Source: Minutocellus sp. GHC0000111
Taxonomy: Eukaryota
NCBI GenBank assembly: GCA_977018835.1
Contig: OZ361257.1
Location: 1,984,001-2,048,000, forward strand
Reading direction: 5' to 3'
DNA length: 64,000 nt
Both the position numbers and the translations under genes were made by a program. Of this stretch, positions 24,501 to 36,821 are shown piece by piece (within the stretch, counting starts at the first letter, position 1; each line of letters begins with the position of its first letter). Below the pieces are notes generated by a model. That model saw only the letters and a program-made list of their open reading frames with translations, had not been told where the DNA came from and searched no databases.

Positions 24501-27157
24501 ATCAGCTGGAGCCACCGCAAACGACCGGCTCAAAGCGAAGACGCAGGGTGGCGCCAGCAATGCCAGCCAAAATGCATCCGCTGGAGACAGAATAAAAGCG
24601 TAAGTTTTGGTGCTTCAATTTATTGTCCGATGCCATTGGATGATTCTCGGGTTCTGACCCCCATTTCTCTCTCTCTCTCTCCCTCTCTCTCTCCCCCCTT
24701 CAACGTATCACAGGAAAATGCAAGGTGGTAGCGAAATAGCTGGAGCTGCCATCGGTGCGGTAGCAGCTGGGGGTACCGTTATGGCTGCAGCAGCCAACCA
24801 GACCGGCATGCCTGATGTTGTGTCAGGCGTTGAAAACACACCAGAAGGCATGATGAACGAGAAGGCTGCTTCTGGATTATCCATGTCAATGAACGAAAAG
24901 CTCCGACAGGGTAGTGATGTTTCCGCAAATACCAAGCAGCAACAGGGCAAATGGTCAACTTCCGCCGACCAATTCTTGCGAGACCTTGATAATCGAGTTG
25001 ACCAATTCTTGCGAGACCTTGATAATCGAGTTGATCGCAAGATGCAGGACGGTACTCTTGAAGGCCTCAATAGCGAAACAGACAAGCTCGCCTACAATGG
25101 CAAAAAGGATGAGACGGATCGCCGAAAGTCCATGGAATCTGATAAGGGCGAAAAGGGCGATGGCAACGACTTTGACGACGGTCGCACCGATACTGATCTT
25201 ACCGATCTTGGTGATCCTGGTGACTTAGACGAGTGGCTCGCTGGCGATGTCCTTCCTGCCGAGGTAGCCGTCGACGAGGGCGGTGCCCTCCAAGCCACTC
25301 TCGCCCTCGAGGAAGAATTGAAGCAGGCCGTCAACGCCGGTGCGATCAAAACGCTGCAAGAGGTCGAAGCGGAAGAGCTTGAAGAGGCCCTCAAGGAAGA
25401 AGACTCTCGTCTGAAGAAGTACTGGAAGAAGTTCACTGTCTTTGGTATCATCGTGGCAATAGTGGTTGGTGTAAGCGCTGGCCTCACGCGAGGCAAGGCC
25501 AAGAATCTCACATTCATGGAGCTTGAAGATATTTGCAATTACACCAACACAAGAGCACCTTGGTTGAGGAGCGCAGTGAGTATACAAATGCGGTGGGTCT
25601 GCTCCTTTGGGATTATCCTCCTTCACAATAATTTTCTCACCCTTTTCATACGCTCTGGCTCATCCAATGTGTATCGTTACAGGAACTTCGAGACGAAGAG
25701 AAGGAATACCTCGACATTCAATTCAAAGACGGCACCTTTGCACCGATTCTTCGGGGCTTTGCCACGTCCGTGTCCATGTCCTACGACGGAACACGTGCCG
25801 CCGTGGCCGGACGCTTCGGCGATGAATTCCATGTCTTTGAGAGAGATACCGAAGAGAACTTTACCAAGGCAGAATGGAAGGTCGTTGGTGGAGTCATTCC
25901 CATGCTCCATTCGCACATGGCTGATAAGTACGAGGAACTGGAAGAACATCAGTCCGACGTCGCGCTATCCGGCGACGGCACCGTCGTAGCCTGTGGTTAT
26001 CCTTACTACCGAACCGACGAGGAGTATGACGGCAAGTATGAAAAGTGGGGAGCCGTCGCCGTTTACAGAATCGGCAAAAGTGGCGAATGGGAGTTGATGG
26101 GCGAGCCCTTCTACGGCGAAGGCCCCAGAGACTACCTCGGTCAAGCTGTTGCTCTGTCCGAAGATGGCACCGTCGTTGCCTTTGGAGAATTCCGCAACAC
26201 CTTCCGAACCGGTCGCATCACCGTCCACAAATGGAATGGCGAGGAATGGACCACCATCGGCATCATCCCCGGCAAGGACCGTGGCGAGCAACTTGGCGGC
26301 GAGATATCTCTTTCCAGGGACGGCACCATCGTGGCCGCCAGTGCTCAATACGGCGGCAATGACGGAAACGGAGAAGCCCGAGTGTACCAAATGGTAGGTG
26401 GAACGGGAGATCCCACCACGGATTGGGTGCAGATGGGAACCGACATCGTCGCCGCTCCGGGATATCCCTACTTTGGATGGCCCGTCTCCCTTTCGGGCAA
26501 TGGAACTCGTCTAGCTACGGCCAGTGCCAGCTTTAGAGCGATGGTGACATCGAGGGGGGTCTCGACGCTGGCACTGTCTGGGTCTTTGAGTACAACCCCA
26601 CCATTGCCGACTGGGAAGTCCTCGGTGAGCCCATCGATGGTGCCACCGGAGGCGACGGACTTGGTTGGGGCCTAGCCCTGTCGGCAGATGGCCGCACGGT
26701 CGCTGCCGGTGCTCCCAACTCGGACACCTACCTTTCCGAGGCCGGGTATGTCGCTGTCTTCCGCTATCTGTGCGGCAACTGGACCCAGATGGGCAAGGAC
26801 ATTGAAGGTCTCAAGCCAGACAGTTGGACCGGTCTTACCGTCAGCTTGTCTGAAAATGGAGAGTACCTCGCCGCCGGTTCTCCCTACGACTATTCTGGCG
26901 AAATCGGCAAACCGGGCTACGTCCGGCTGTTTGAGTCGCCGTTTGACTTTGACTACATCGACCTTCGCACCGACGACTACGGCATCCCCAACAACGACAC
27001 CGTCAAGTTGATCAAGGGCAGTCTGCCCGAGGGTGGTGCCGGCAACAAGATTTTAGAAGCTGCGTTGGCCGGCAAGAGCACGGTGAACGTTCGAGGCAAA
27101 ATGTTGAGACGACGGATGAACACTCGGTACAAATTGTCGTATGAAAGAGAGCGATGA
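21581..27157 (+). CDS. Large single-pass membrane protein: helical repeats, ~17 ANDRLxAKM repeats, TM helix, C-terminal FG-GAP-like beta-propeller; introns 23163-23263, 24600-24713, 25576-25682; frame break near 26540
   Basis: Three GT(A/G)AGT...AG introns join the ORFs in frame (DRLR-A-KM, DRIK-A-KM, WLRSA-ELRDEE). TM segment FTVFGIIVAIVVGVSAGL; repeated G..V(A/S)LS.DG..VA.G propeller blades. Confidence 0.78.
24967..25032 (+). repeat. Perfect 33-bp in-frame tandem duplication (DQFLRDLDNRV x2)
   Basis: gaccaattcttgcgagaccttgataatcgagtt repeated exactly. Confidence 0.95.
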
Positions 27158-27587
27158 GGATGACTTATAGAGATGTAAGAATGTGGATGGATAGTCAAAC
27201 ATCAGAAGATTTTGTATTATGTATATAGAGCTATATTTTTGCGTTCGAGAGCCATGCCTTTTCAACAAACAGGCACGGCGTATTCATTAAAAGGTGTAAT
27301 TAATTACCGGTACTTTTCAACAGACTGATCCTCGTGTATGTCGATGGGTAGATAGACATTTGCCGTATTTTGGTTTTCCTTTGCGTCGATGCCTGTGTTG
27401 TTCTTCTTCAGCCTCAACTGTTGGCTGGCCGGCGATGGTATCCGGGTTTCTTTGTGGTCCCGGCCCGCCAACTGACGCGCGATGACATATGTTCGCTTTC
27501 TTTCTTCGAATTTATCATCGGAACGCAAATTCCTTCAACCAAGACCGGCCTAACACAACCATCAGCCCCCCGCCTCGGCACCTAACC

Positions 27588-29138
27588 ATGGAAGTTGGGA
27601 CCGGCGGTGACATGGCCACCCAGTCCCCCTCGAGCGTCGTCATGGTCCTCGCCGACGCCCCGCCGGAGCCATCAGCAAAAGGCAGCGCATCGCGTGACAC
27701 GACCGCGGCGGCGGCGCAAGTCGCACAAGAAAGCAATAGCCAAAGTGCCGATTTGTGCGTCGTAAAGAAAGGAGACGTCAACGCTGCACCTCTTCCTCCT
27801 CGGTCGGACCCTCCGGATGCCCTTGCCGATGCGCCGTCAACACCAAAGACTCCGCAGACTCCCGCATCTTCTGTGCAGTATGCATGCGATAACGCCGAAC
27901 ACAACAATATCGCAGAAGAACAAGACGATGCCGACGAAGATGACGGAGATTCTTCTTCGGACGAGGAAGAATACGAACGAACACCGACCGGCGCCTCCCG
28001 GTTTCTGCCGCCGGACACGACCGACACGTACCAGGAAAGCCCGGTCAAGTTCCGACCGGTCTTCGTGCTCGAAAAAGAGAGCCAGCGCAGCCCCCGAAAG
28101 AAGCTGATGGCAGCAGATGCCTCCCAGAATGAGTACGTCGAGGGCGGAAAGAGGTCGGCCGATGGCTTGGAGAGCATCGGCCTGCCCACCATCGACGAGG
28201 CCATGGGGCCTTCATCTATAAATGGGACTAAAAGCAGCGGGACGCGTCCGCCCTTGTCGGGAAGCTCCGCTGGAAAGAATAGCAATCGGAGAAGTCGGAG
28301 ATCTACCGCCAGTGGAAGCAACGGCAGCAGTCGGGGTGGATCAGGCAGAACATCGACCACCAACACCACCGGAGGGGACATACTCACGGCCATACTCGAC
28401 CGGACCCTCACGCTGATGGGATGTGCCTCCACGTCCAACGCCTTCAGTTGTGGCCGTGCCGGTAGCAGAAGGAAGAATGCTGCCGGTAGCTGTCGATGCG
28501 GTGGAGGAAGCGCCGACGATGACGTGCTGTGGGACGGCGACGTCGACGATACCGCCACGGTCAACTCGGTCCATGTGCCGAGTCCCAGGGCCAGCCCGAG
28601 GGCCAGCCCCAAGCAGATGGCCGATTTGAACGGCCGGGTCCAGATCCAGATGCGCACCAGTGCAGCTGTTGGTGACACCAGTGGCACCATCGCTCATCAG
28701 GCGGCAACGGCAGCAGCCGCGGCAGCCTCGGTGGAGGGCAAATCTGCCCACTACAAGACCAACCGAAACACCAAAAGCCGCGGCATGGGATGCACGGGCA
28801 CCGGTGGCAAGTACGTGGCGTCGTCCCCGCTGACCACCACGGTACCGTTCGATGCCAACGATCTGTCGACCATCGTGCCCGATGCGTCGGATGCTCATCA
28901 CCTACCAACAACAACAACAACAACTACTACTACGACGACGTCGATTTCAACTGAAGAAGGAGATGGCAGTGCCGCATCTCCCAAGGGCGGCACAGCAGAT
29001 GACGACGACGACGACAACGACGAGGCGCTCTTGTCTCCCACGCATTTCTTCCGGCCGGTATCGTTCGATATCGACGAGAGTTCGTTGGCCGGTTCCATCG
29101 CCGGTTCGCTGGCCAGCGCCATCCGTGGTGTGAGGTAG
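27588..29138 (+). CDS. Low-complexity, probably disordered protein of unknown function
   Basis: Long ORF with coding-like GC3, S/T/A/D tracts, ATG in ACCATGG context; no recognisable domain. Confidence 0.6.
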   Translation: MEVGTGGDMATQSPSSVVMVLADAPPEPSAKGSASRDTTAAAAQVAQESNSQSADLCVVKKGDVNAAPLPPRSDPPDALADAPSTPKTPQTPASSVQYACDNAEHNNIAEEQDDADEDDGDSSSDEEEYERTPTGASRFLPPDTTDTYQESPVKFRPVFVLEKESQRSPRKKLMAADASQNEYVEGGKRSADGLESIGLPTIDEAMGPSSINGTKSSGTRPPLSGSSAGKNSNRRSRRSTASGSNGSSRGGSGRTSTTNTTGGDILTAILDRTLTLMGCASTSNAFSCGRAGSRRKNAAGSCRCGGGSADDDVLWDGDVDDTATVNSVHVPSPRASPRASPKQMADLNGRVQIQMRTSAAVGDTSGTIAHQAATAAAAAASVEGKSAHYKTNRNTKSRGMGCTGTGGKYVASSPLTTTVPFDANDLSTIVPDASDAHHLPTTTTTTTTTTTSISTEEGDGSAASPKGGTADDDDDDNDEALLSPTHFFRPVSFDIDESSLAGSIAGSLASAIRGVR

Positions 29139-31114
29139 AATCCAAGCCAATTCCCACTTACCGAAATTTTGTACATTTGTTCATTGTTGATATTACCATT
29201 CATTCATTATCTGTATCTTTAGAGGAGAGTTCCTAGATCTACGTAAGAAATACCATATGATGGCCACTGCCCCTTGCCAATGATAACTTTGGGAAGGGAG
29301 AAAAATGCATGCCACCAGCCCTGCGGTCAATGACTCATTAAAGATTGCGAGTTGACTACACTAGGAACATTCGTTTGTAACAAGTAGGATACTTACACTG
29401 ATTAATTGCAATCGCTAAAACCTCCACCACATAAAACCTCCAAGAAACGCGGCCTACTTGCCAGCCATTCAAATGAAAGTGCCGTAACAGAGGACCGAAA
29501 CATGCGCACGTCTCCAACTCGTTACACAACGCATGTAAATGTCAACCTTACCAAAACACTTGAATCAAAGAAATGAATTACCACATATTAAAAGGGCTCT
29601 AGAGGGCAAGACTTGCCACTCTGGGTCGCACTCACACTTGTAGCAGTCCCCGTAGGTGGGTCAAGGGCCAGAGAGTGTAAGCATTTTGTATGGTAAATGG
29701 CGGATTAAGTACTGCCTTTGGAAGGTGAGTTTGGGGTGGGTTTGGAGGCCGAAGGCAAGATTTTTTGAATTTTGGGAGTGCTAGGGAGTGGTTTCTGGTG
29801 TACGTACTACAATGTAGTCCCCTCGACATTTGATGCCAATGTGATGGAAATGTCGGGGGGACTACCTAGTTATTCGTACGTAGACGCAAGCTGTAGTCAA
29901 AGTTTATTGCTGCTACTTACTTTCGCTGATGCTACATGTGCGGCAAGTCACTCTGATTGCGTCCATGCAGCAGCGCTAACAATGCAAGCAAAGTGCAAAT
30001 AACAAGCATCTTATATATTTATATCTCCATATCGGACAATGTGATCATCCAGTGCGTGTGGCAGGCAGCACTTGCTTCTCTGCTGCCTACGTGGTCGAGC
30101 CTAACAATTTGTCGATCGAGTTAATTTCTGGACAATCATTTTCACGCCATTCAAGAACTGAACCTGGCCTCTCTTGTACATCCTGTCTCCATTCAGTTCT
30201 ACTGATATCAGTTCATACCAACGTATTTTTACTATCCAATCATTCTTCTGGAACGAATTTGTGCTGTGTGTAGAGAGCAGAGAGAGACTGGGGGGGGGGG
30301 GGGGCGTCCAACTTTTTCTTGCCGGCTCCTTCCTCCTCTCGTCCAAGGAAGTGCTCGTCATCCGGATTCAACCTCTGTTCTGATCGAACACAACCTTCTC
30401 ATGCTCAGATGGGCAATCGTCATTTATCGCCGGCTCGTGCAGCAACGCCTGCTCTTGCCGCCTCTTTGCTCTGTGTGTGGCCGACCGTCACCTCATGTTC
30501 GTTCATGAGGCAGGCACTTGTCAGAAGGAGCAGCAGACGGCACCGAACTTGGCTGACTGCTTGGCTTCAAAGATGGCTTGGAAGTGGGAATGATTGTGCT
30601 CAACCTTAACGTGAGTGGATCGAAGCAAGCACTGCTCAGCATTGGTCGCCTGCCTGGGGGAGGAGGAGGTCTGTCTTCGTGTCTACACCCCCCCCCCCTC
30701 GTCGGAACCCACCGTCAAAGTGCACTCATTTGAGACCATCACGTCAACTCCTTTGTGCAAGCCGCATTTGGAACATCTAGAGACACACCTTTTTGAACAC
30801 CTCAGCATGTTTCTTGTTAATAGGGTTTACTTCTGCCTTCTTGAGAAATGAGCACACACACTTTGAAGTGCCGCGCCAACCCACACTTCGTTCCGCGAAA
30901 ATCCTTTGGTTCTTACAAAATTCTCTTCTTAATTACATCAGGGTCATTATTATAAGTAATGTTGCTTGTTGGCAATTGGTTGTGCTATCAACTGGCACAA
31001 TGTCCCATTTCAGCGATGTCGGTTTGCAATTGCTTTGCTTTCGGCGATGGTTCCTGTTTTTCGAGGATCTCAAGAGCGACTTGTTCGACTGTTTGATATC
31101 CAGTCAAACAAGTC

Positions 31115-32365
31115 ATGGAAACAATGAGGTCTCTTGCTGGCCATCCCTCTCCTCGGAAGTCCCACCGTCCTCCTCGGCTCATTGCCATCAGCACTTTGCC
31201 TGACGACATGGCTCTTTTGGATCGGTTTGCAGACAAATTATATCCAATGACAATGCCTGATTTCAAGGCTGGAGGGAGGCTACGGCAGCTGGTACGGGAG
31301 GTGCTGGCCACCAACATTATGAATTTTTCGACGAAGCTGTCTTTTCTTGGAGTTGCAGGCCCTGCCGTTCGTCGGATGATGAATGTGGGGGACGAGCTCG
31401 GTATTGATCTGTCTCAATTGAAGGGGTGGTCAAGGAAGGTGGCAGATGATTTCAAGGCCATCAATGCACCGTATTCATCCGCTGAGGAGGAGCTTGCTAC
31501 TGTGGTAGCTGAAAACAATCGTTTAGTATCAGATTTGCGGAAGAAGATTGCTGATTTGAAGGCTTTGGCAGCAACCAACGCAAGAACAATATGTCACCTT
31601 GAGACTCAGCTACAAAAATCGGATGCAAGGGCGCTAAATGGAACATCGGTGCCATTGATTGCTTCTGGTGGTGTTGATTCGGCGGTTGCTGGTACCAGTA
31701 GACCTGCCGGTGGCACCATCCGACGAAGAGAGCCATCCCCACCGCGATCCCCTGGCCGAAACGTGCGGCAGCGCACCGCTGGAGGTTCTGGCATTATCGG
31801 CACCGCAATATCTGCCATTGCAGTATCGCCGGTTGCCATAGCAAGGAGAATGGTTGGAGGAGCGCCACCGCTACCGACGGCTCTTCGGCCTCCACCGCTA
31901 CCAACGACGGAGCAGTTGTCAACTGTCAGCAGCGCTGGGGGCAAAAAGAAGAATAAGTGGCCGTTCATGAGCGAAATAGTAATAGAATTGGCTCGATCTG
32001 GAAAGCTGAAGTCAGGGTCGTCGCATGAATCCATGCCTCCGCCGCTGGCAATACTTCCCAGGGCTTTTGATCGCAATGAAAAGACAAAATATAAGTTGGC
32101 AATGCGTGTGGTTGATGCAGCTGTCACAAAAGATCAGGATGATGTGTTTAGAGCAGCCGAGATCGATGAGGCCGAACTAGTGGCAAAAGGAAAGGCTTTA
32201 GATCTTGAAGTCCGTCGGTGGTTGGCAAGCAAGATGAATAAGAATCTCACCAAAAGCAGGTTGACAGCGCAGGTGCTAGGAGTGGGAGCGAATGCCCAGA
32301 AATTACCAGACAATGCATGGCCGAGGTCCAATGGGGGCTTTTTGGGATGTTTCGTAAATAAGTAA
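31115..32365 (+). pseudogene. Probable C-terminal remnant of a transposon protein (Crypton/tyrosine-recombinase-like, tentative)
   Basis: 416-aa ORF opening with RSLAGH...PPRL...GRLRQLVREVLATNIM and a coiled coil. Lower GC than host genes, preceded by ~1.8 kb of stop-riddled sequence. No catalytic YR residues are visible. Confidence 0.3.
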
Positions 32366-32575
32366 TCATTCATTACCAACACATGTAGTAAACATGAAGT
32401 TACCGGTAGTTACATGTAGACTCGCCGAGCAGAGATGCTTTTATCATTTCGCTCCCTTTTCCTTCTTTCTCCTCTTTTTCTTTCCGCGGGTAAAGTTTGC
32501 CCTGCGGGTAAACTTGGGAATTTTTGCTCCGTCGCTTTCGTTTTTCTTTTGCCCTCCATCCACCATTCAGCAACC

Positions 32576-33757
32576 ATGGCGCCGTTGATCACCACCAGCC
32601 CGGCCAAGCGGCGGAGGAACAAGCCCGGTGCCGCAGCGCCGGAATCGTCGGCGTGCTGTGCCATCGTTGACGACGAGCCCTCAAAAAGTTTCGGCGTATC
32701 ATCGGCCTCGCCGCCGTCCTATCCATTATGTCTGTCGGTCCGTTTCCTCGTCCTGGCGACCCTGGTCACGTGCTGGGTTGGCTTCTTCCAGAACTTTCGA
32801 TCGCAAGGTTATCATCAAGGTGGTAGATCGGACGGCAGATATGCATTAGATGATTCTATATTTGCAGAGAGCCATGGCAGTGCGGCAGCTGCGAGGGGAG
32901 CCGTGCGTCGCCGAAGAGGACGGCAAGAAGCCAAAGTAGGACCCCGAGATGGCACAGATTTTCCAGAAACCAAAGTAGGCGAGGGATATCAAGATACGGC
33001 GATTGATCCCTCAAAACCAAGCAATGGAAAGGCACAGAATGACAATAAGGGTGGTGAAGGCGGACAGCCCTCGTCCACAAGAACTGAAACAGCGGCGGTA
33101 CCAGCGGCAACTGCAGCTGCGACTACAAATGACGACGACGACGAATCAAACGAAGAAGATGATGAAGAAGAAGATGACGACGAAGACGTTGATCTGGACA
33201 CCATGCTGTTCGTAGAGAATCGCATTCTCATCGCCCCCGGCGAATTGCCGGGCTACACCGGCTGGGCCCGGCCGGAACTCACCTTAGCCGGCCACTTCCA
33301 AATCATCGGCGTGTCGGAAATGAAGGGCACGGTCCACCAAGAGTGGTCCGTCGACGTCGAGTGCACCCACGAACAATGCAAGGGCGGTGGGTCACTCTTT
33401 TATCTCCGTGCGTACGGACCGTCCATCATCACCGGAAGGATGGAGGACAATGGCGATGGGACGTACCGTGCTATCTTTTACCCCACCGATCCTGGCAGGT
33501 ACACCATCGAGGTTGTGCTAGAGTTTAGCCAGAAGCCGGAATACGACATGTTCCCCGTGGGGGTCAACGATACCGAGATGCCGTACGAGGGTTGGCTGCT
33601 GCCGGGTTTTCCCATGCAAATCACCATTGAAGAGGGGGACAAGACTGAGGATGAAGACAGTCGTAAGGGTGATAAGGACAAGGCAGTGGCCATCGCAGAC
33701 GAACGACCGTGGTGCAACCTCGACCAGCTCCTTGAAACCGATACCGACAGCGGCCGG
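32576..33757 (+). pseudogene. NXPE/PC-esterase-like type II membrane protein, 3'-truncated (Ig/filamin-like domain only)
   Basis: TM anchor and FYLRAYGPSIITG..DNGDGTY..FYPTDPGRYTIEV. Homology to the opposite-strand paralogue stops at DSGR, where the paralogue reads KGRW. Confidence 0.65.
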
Positions 33758-35030
33758 ATCCTGGCCATGGCGTCGACAACCTCCACTCCTGGATGCACCA
33801 TGTGTTTGCCGATGGCATTGTCCTCGCCGATTTCGCGATGATCCGGTCGAGCGAGGGTGATATAGTAGCCATCGACGATGGGAAAACGCCCACCACTGGC
33901 ATCCTCGACGACTTCCTTGGCCACCTCATTGAAGTGGGCAACAGCATTGGGAGATAGAGAATAGGGCTGATATTCAGTGGGGTTCCAGGCAAATCCAAAG
34001 TTTCCGTAGGGCATCCATCCTGCCGAGGTGGTTTGGAACGCAACGAGCTCGGCTGGATAGCGAGCCAAGAAAGAAGTGAGCTCGTAAAGTAGCGTCTTGT
34101 AGACCTCCATACAACTGAACTCATCATCTGCGAGTGGGAAGTATTCACTTCTTGCATTCTTGTACTTGATTGAACAAAGCTGCGCAATATCATGCAGGCC
34201 GGCATTGAATAATACGACCCTCCTCTCGTTTGCATTCTCAGCTGCAATCTGCTGCAACTCTTCGATAACTCCGTCGAGCCTCTTTGCGAGTCCACCATGA
34301 GTGCCAATGATTGTCGCCTTGGCGCCATAACCAGCAGAGTCAAGTTCCAAACGAACGCGACGGTGCTGCAGGCCCATCACCGAGTCGCCAATGAAAATAA
34401 GATGAACGCTAAAGCTTTCGTCGTCGGCAGTGTGAAACCAATCATTGCCTACCAGTTCGCATCCTACTGGCTGATACTCCATCTTGATCCCAAGCGAATT
34501 GTACCCGTCACGATAACCCTCCAAAGATGCATGGTTAGGATCGACGGTGTGCACACTATAATTGGAGTTGCGTACCTTCTCTGTGACTATCCATCTACCC
34601 TTTGCCAGAACGTTGGCATTGTCGTCTTCCTCCATCCCGTTTGCATGTATCGGAAGCTGACCAATTGTACAGAGAGGCAGGTCATCACCGTCTTTGTCGA
34701 ATATGGACGATGGTAGCACCTCGAGCTGCAGTGGAAATCCATGCAATAGATGTCCCTCATATCCGGGCTCCTCGTGATCATCATTGCCCAGAGGAAGTGA
34801 CTCCATCGGCGGGGGACTGGTGAAGGCCACGACCGCCTCGACGGTATACGATCCGGCATCGAGGGGGTAGTAACTCAGACGGTAGTAGTATGCTGATCCA
34901 CCAACATCATCCATATCCAACTTATTGGCAACACCAGCAATCACCGATGGGTCATATGCCCGTAAATAGAATTCCGTCGAGCTATTGCTGCTGATGCATT
35001 CAATATGAGAGCATCGAACATCGACGTATT
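33758..35030 (-). pseudogene. NXPE/PC-esterase-like SGNH hydrolase/acyltransferase paralogue, lacking N-terminal anchor and native stop
   Basis: FYLRAYDPSVIAG...YPLDAGSYTVE, then the SGNH-like blocks FIGDSV, FNAGLHD and D..H..HP. The ORF runs on into the antisense of the + paralogue. Confidence 0.65.
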
Positions 35031-35481
35031 TTTTTCGCCTGTTTGTTTGAAATCGAAGATGCAAAGTATGGTACGGTAGAGCTACAATGTAGTATAACGA
35101 TGTGTAACATGCATGTTTATTCACGAAAGCAGACAACCATGCCTTGTAGGCCGAGTTTTGTGTGCATTGTTCACCTGCCCGGGCCCTGCTTCGCGAGGCC
35201 GGCCGTGAAACCGGCGCAGACGGACTTTTTCTAGTGCTGAAATTTCCAGAAGGTTCTTCACGCTTCTATTTTGGGTTTCCGTGACATAGTCATTGCATCA
35301 TATCACATCGAATACAAAAATAAACATTCGCGTTCAATAAGGAATCATGTATTCCTTGAATAAAACACGTCAGTCGAGTTGCTTTTCCGCAACGAAAGGG
35401 GGCGGAACCAAGGCGGAAGTAACAGCACATCTCGTGCCTACTTTTGTTCCTCCGGTATCTTGTGCATTAATACTTGCAACG

Positions 35482-36821
35482 ATGAAGCTCTCCGCCGCCT
35501 TCGTCCTCCTCGGCGCCGCCTCCCAGGCCGCTGCCTTCGCCCCCCAGCCCATGGGCGCCTCGACCGCCGCCCGCGTCTCCACCGAGCTCGAGATGGCCAA
35601 CGGCGCCAAGCGGGCCGCCGCCCGCAAGGTCCTCAAGAAGGTCGGCAAGGTGGCCGGTGCCGCCGCCTCCGTCACCCTCGCCACGGCCGGAGTTCCCTCC
35701 TCGGTCGTCGCCGCCAAGAAGGCCGCCGAGGTCGTCGAGACCGTTGACAACACCAAGACCCTCGTCACGGCCGGTGCCGCCTTCGCCGCCGGTTTGGTCT
35801 CCAATTCCATCCTCGGCAGCCTCACCGGCCTCGCCGGACCTACTGCCGACATGGTCGAGAGCGTCGACAAGTCGTTCCCCGGCGCGCAGAAGAACAAGGA
35901 GCTGGTCAAGAACATCAAGTCCGCGTTGGACAAGTACGGCTACGGCAAGGACTCGCTCGTGGCCACCAGTCTTTGTGCAGATGAGGTCAACCGTGTCCTC
36001 GAGAAGGATTTGGGGGCTGCCTTCGACTACAACTTCCACATGGGTGGTCTTGCCGGTGAGTTGATTGCATATGCATGCAAATATGTTGATTTGTTTGTTC
36101 TCTGCTGTAAGAATTGTTGTGATTGGCATAAGACAAATATGTGATATCGTATCTTTTTGCGAACCAGCATTGTATCTTTCCATTTGTATAACTCAATTGC
36201 TCACATTATTTCTTTGTTCATGTGCTCTACCCATCATACATATCCTCCTCAAAAGGCTTCCCCTTCGGTGGCATCACCTCCTTCGGTGCCATGGCCTCGC
36301 ACATTCCCGACGGTGGCTCCTGCCTCGTCGTCTTCGGCCCCCACGTCGGCGTCGACTCCACCGGCAAGGTCGGTACCGTCGAGCGTCGCGGCCGTGCCAA
36401 CGGCGGTGCGTGCTGCGGTTCCGCCGTCGCCGCCTCCGGCTACGTCAGCCAGGTCCACACCGGTGCCACCACCAAGTACGGACCTCCCGAGGTTCCCGAC
36501 GATGCCCAGCAGAACTTTGTCGGTACCGCCCTTCTCCCCTACGCCGCCCATCTCGAGGCTGCCGAGGATAAGATGACCGAGCTCCCTTACGCTTTGTATG
36601 ATGCCCAGAAGAAGCTCATGGATACCATTGTGCAGGCTGGATGCGGTTCGGTCGCTGGTGAGGGCAAGGTTGCCGTTTTGGGTGGCATTCAGGTCAACAC
36701 TCCCCCCGGTTCGTCCGATAATTTCCTCCCCCTCAGCTTCGAGGTCTTTGACAACAAGGGTACCATGATTGAGGATCTCGGCAATGCCATTGAGGCTGGA
36801 AAGAAGCCCACCTTTGCATAA
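35482..36821 (+). CDS. Theta-type carbonic anhydrase (LCIB/LCIC family), plastid-targeted; intron 36056-36255
   Basis: SLCADEVN, GGLAG|FPFGG (spliced GTGAG...AAG), FGPHVG and ACCGSA, matching the Cys/His/Cys Zn ligands of the LCIB fold; AAA-FAP presequence. Confidence 0.9.

Noticed and set aside
23269..24600. Regularly spaced repeats superficially like a CRISPR array
   Set aside because: Variation falls at synonymous positions within one ORF, the context is eukaryotic and there are no cas genes.
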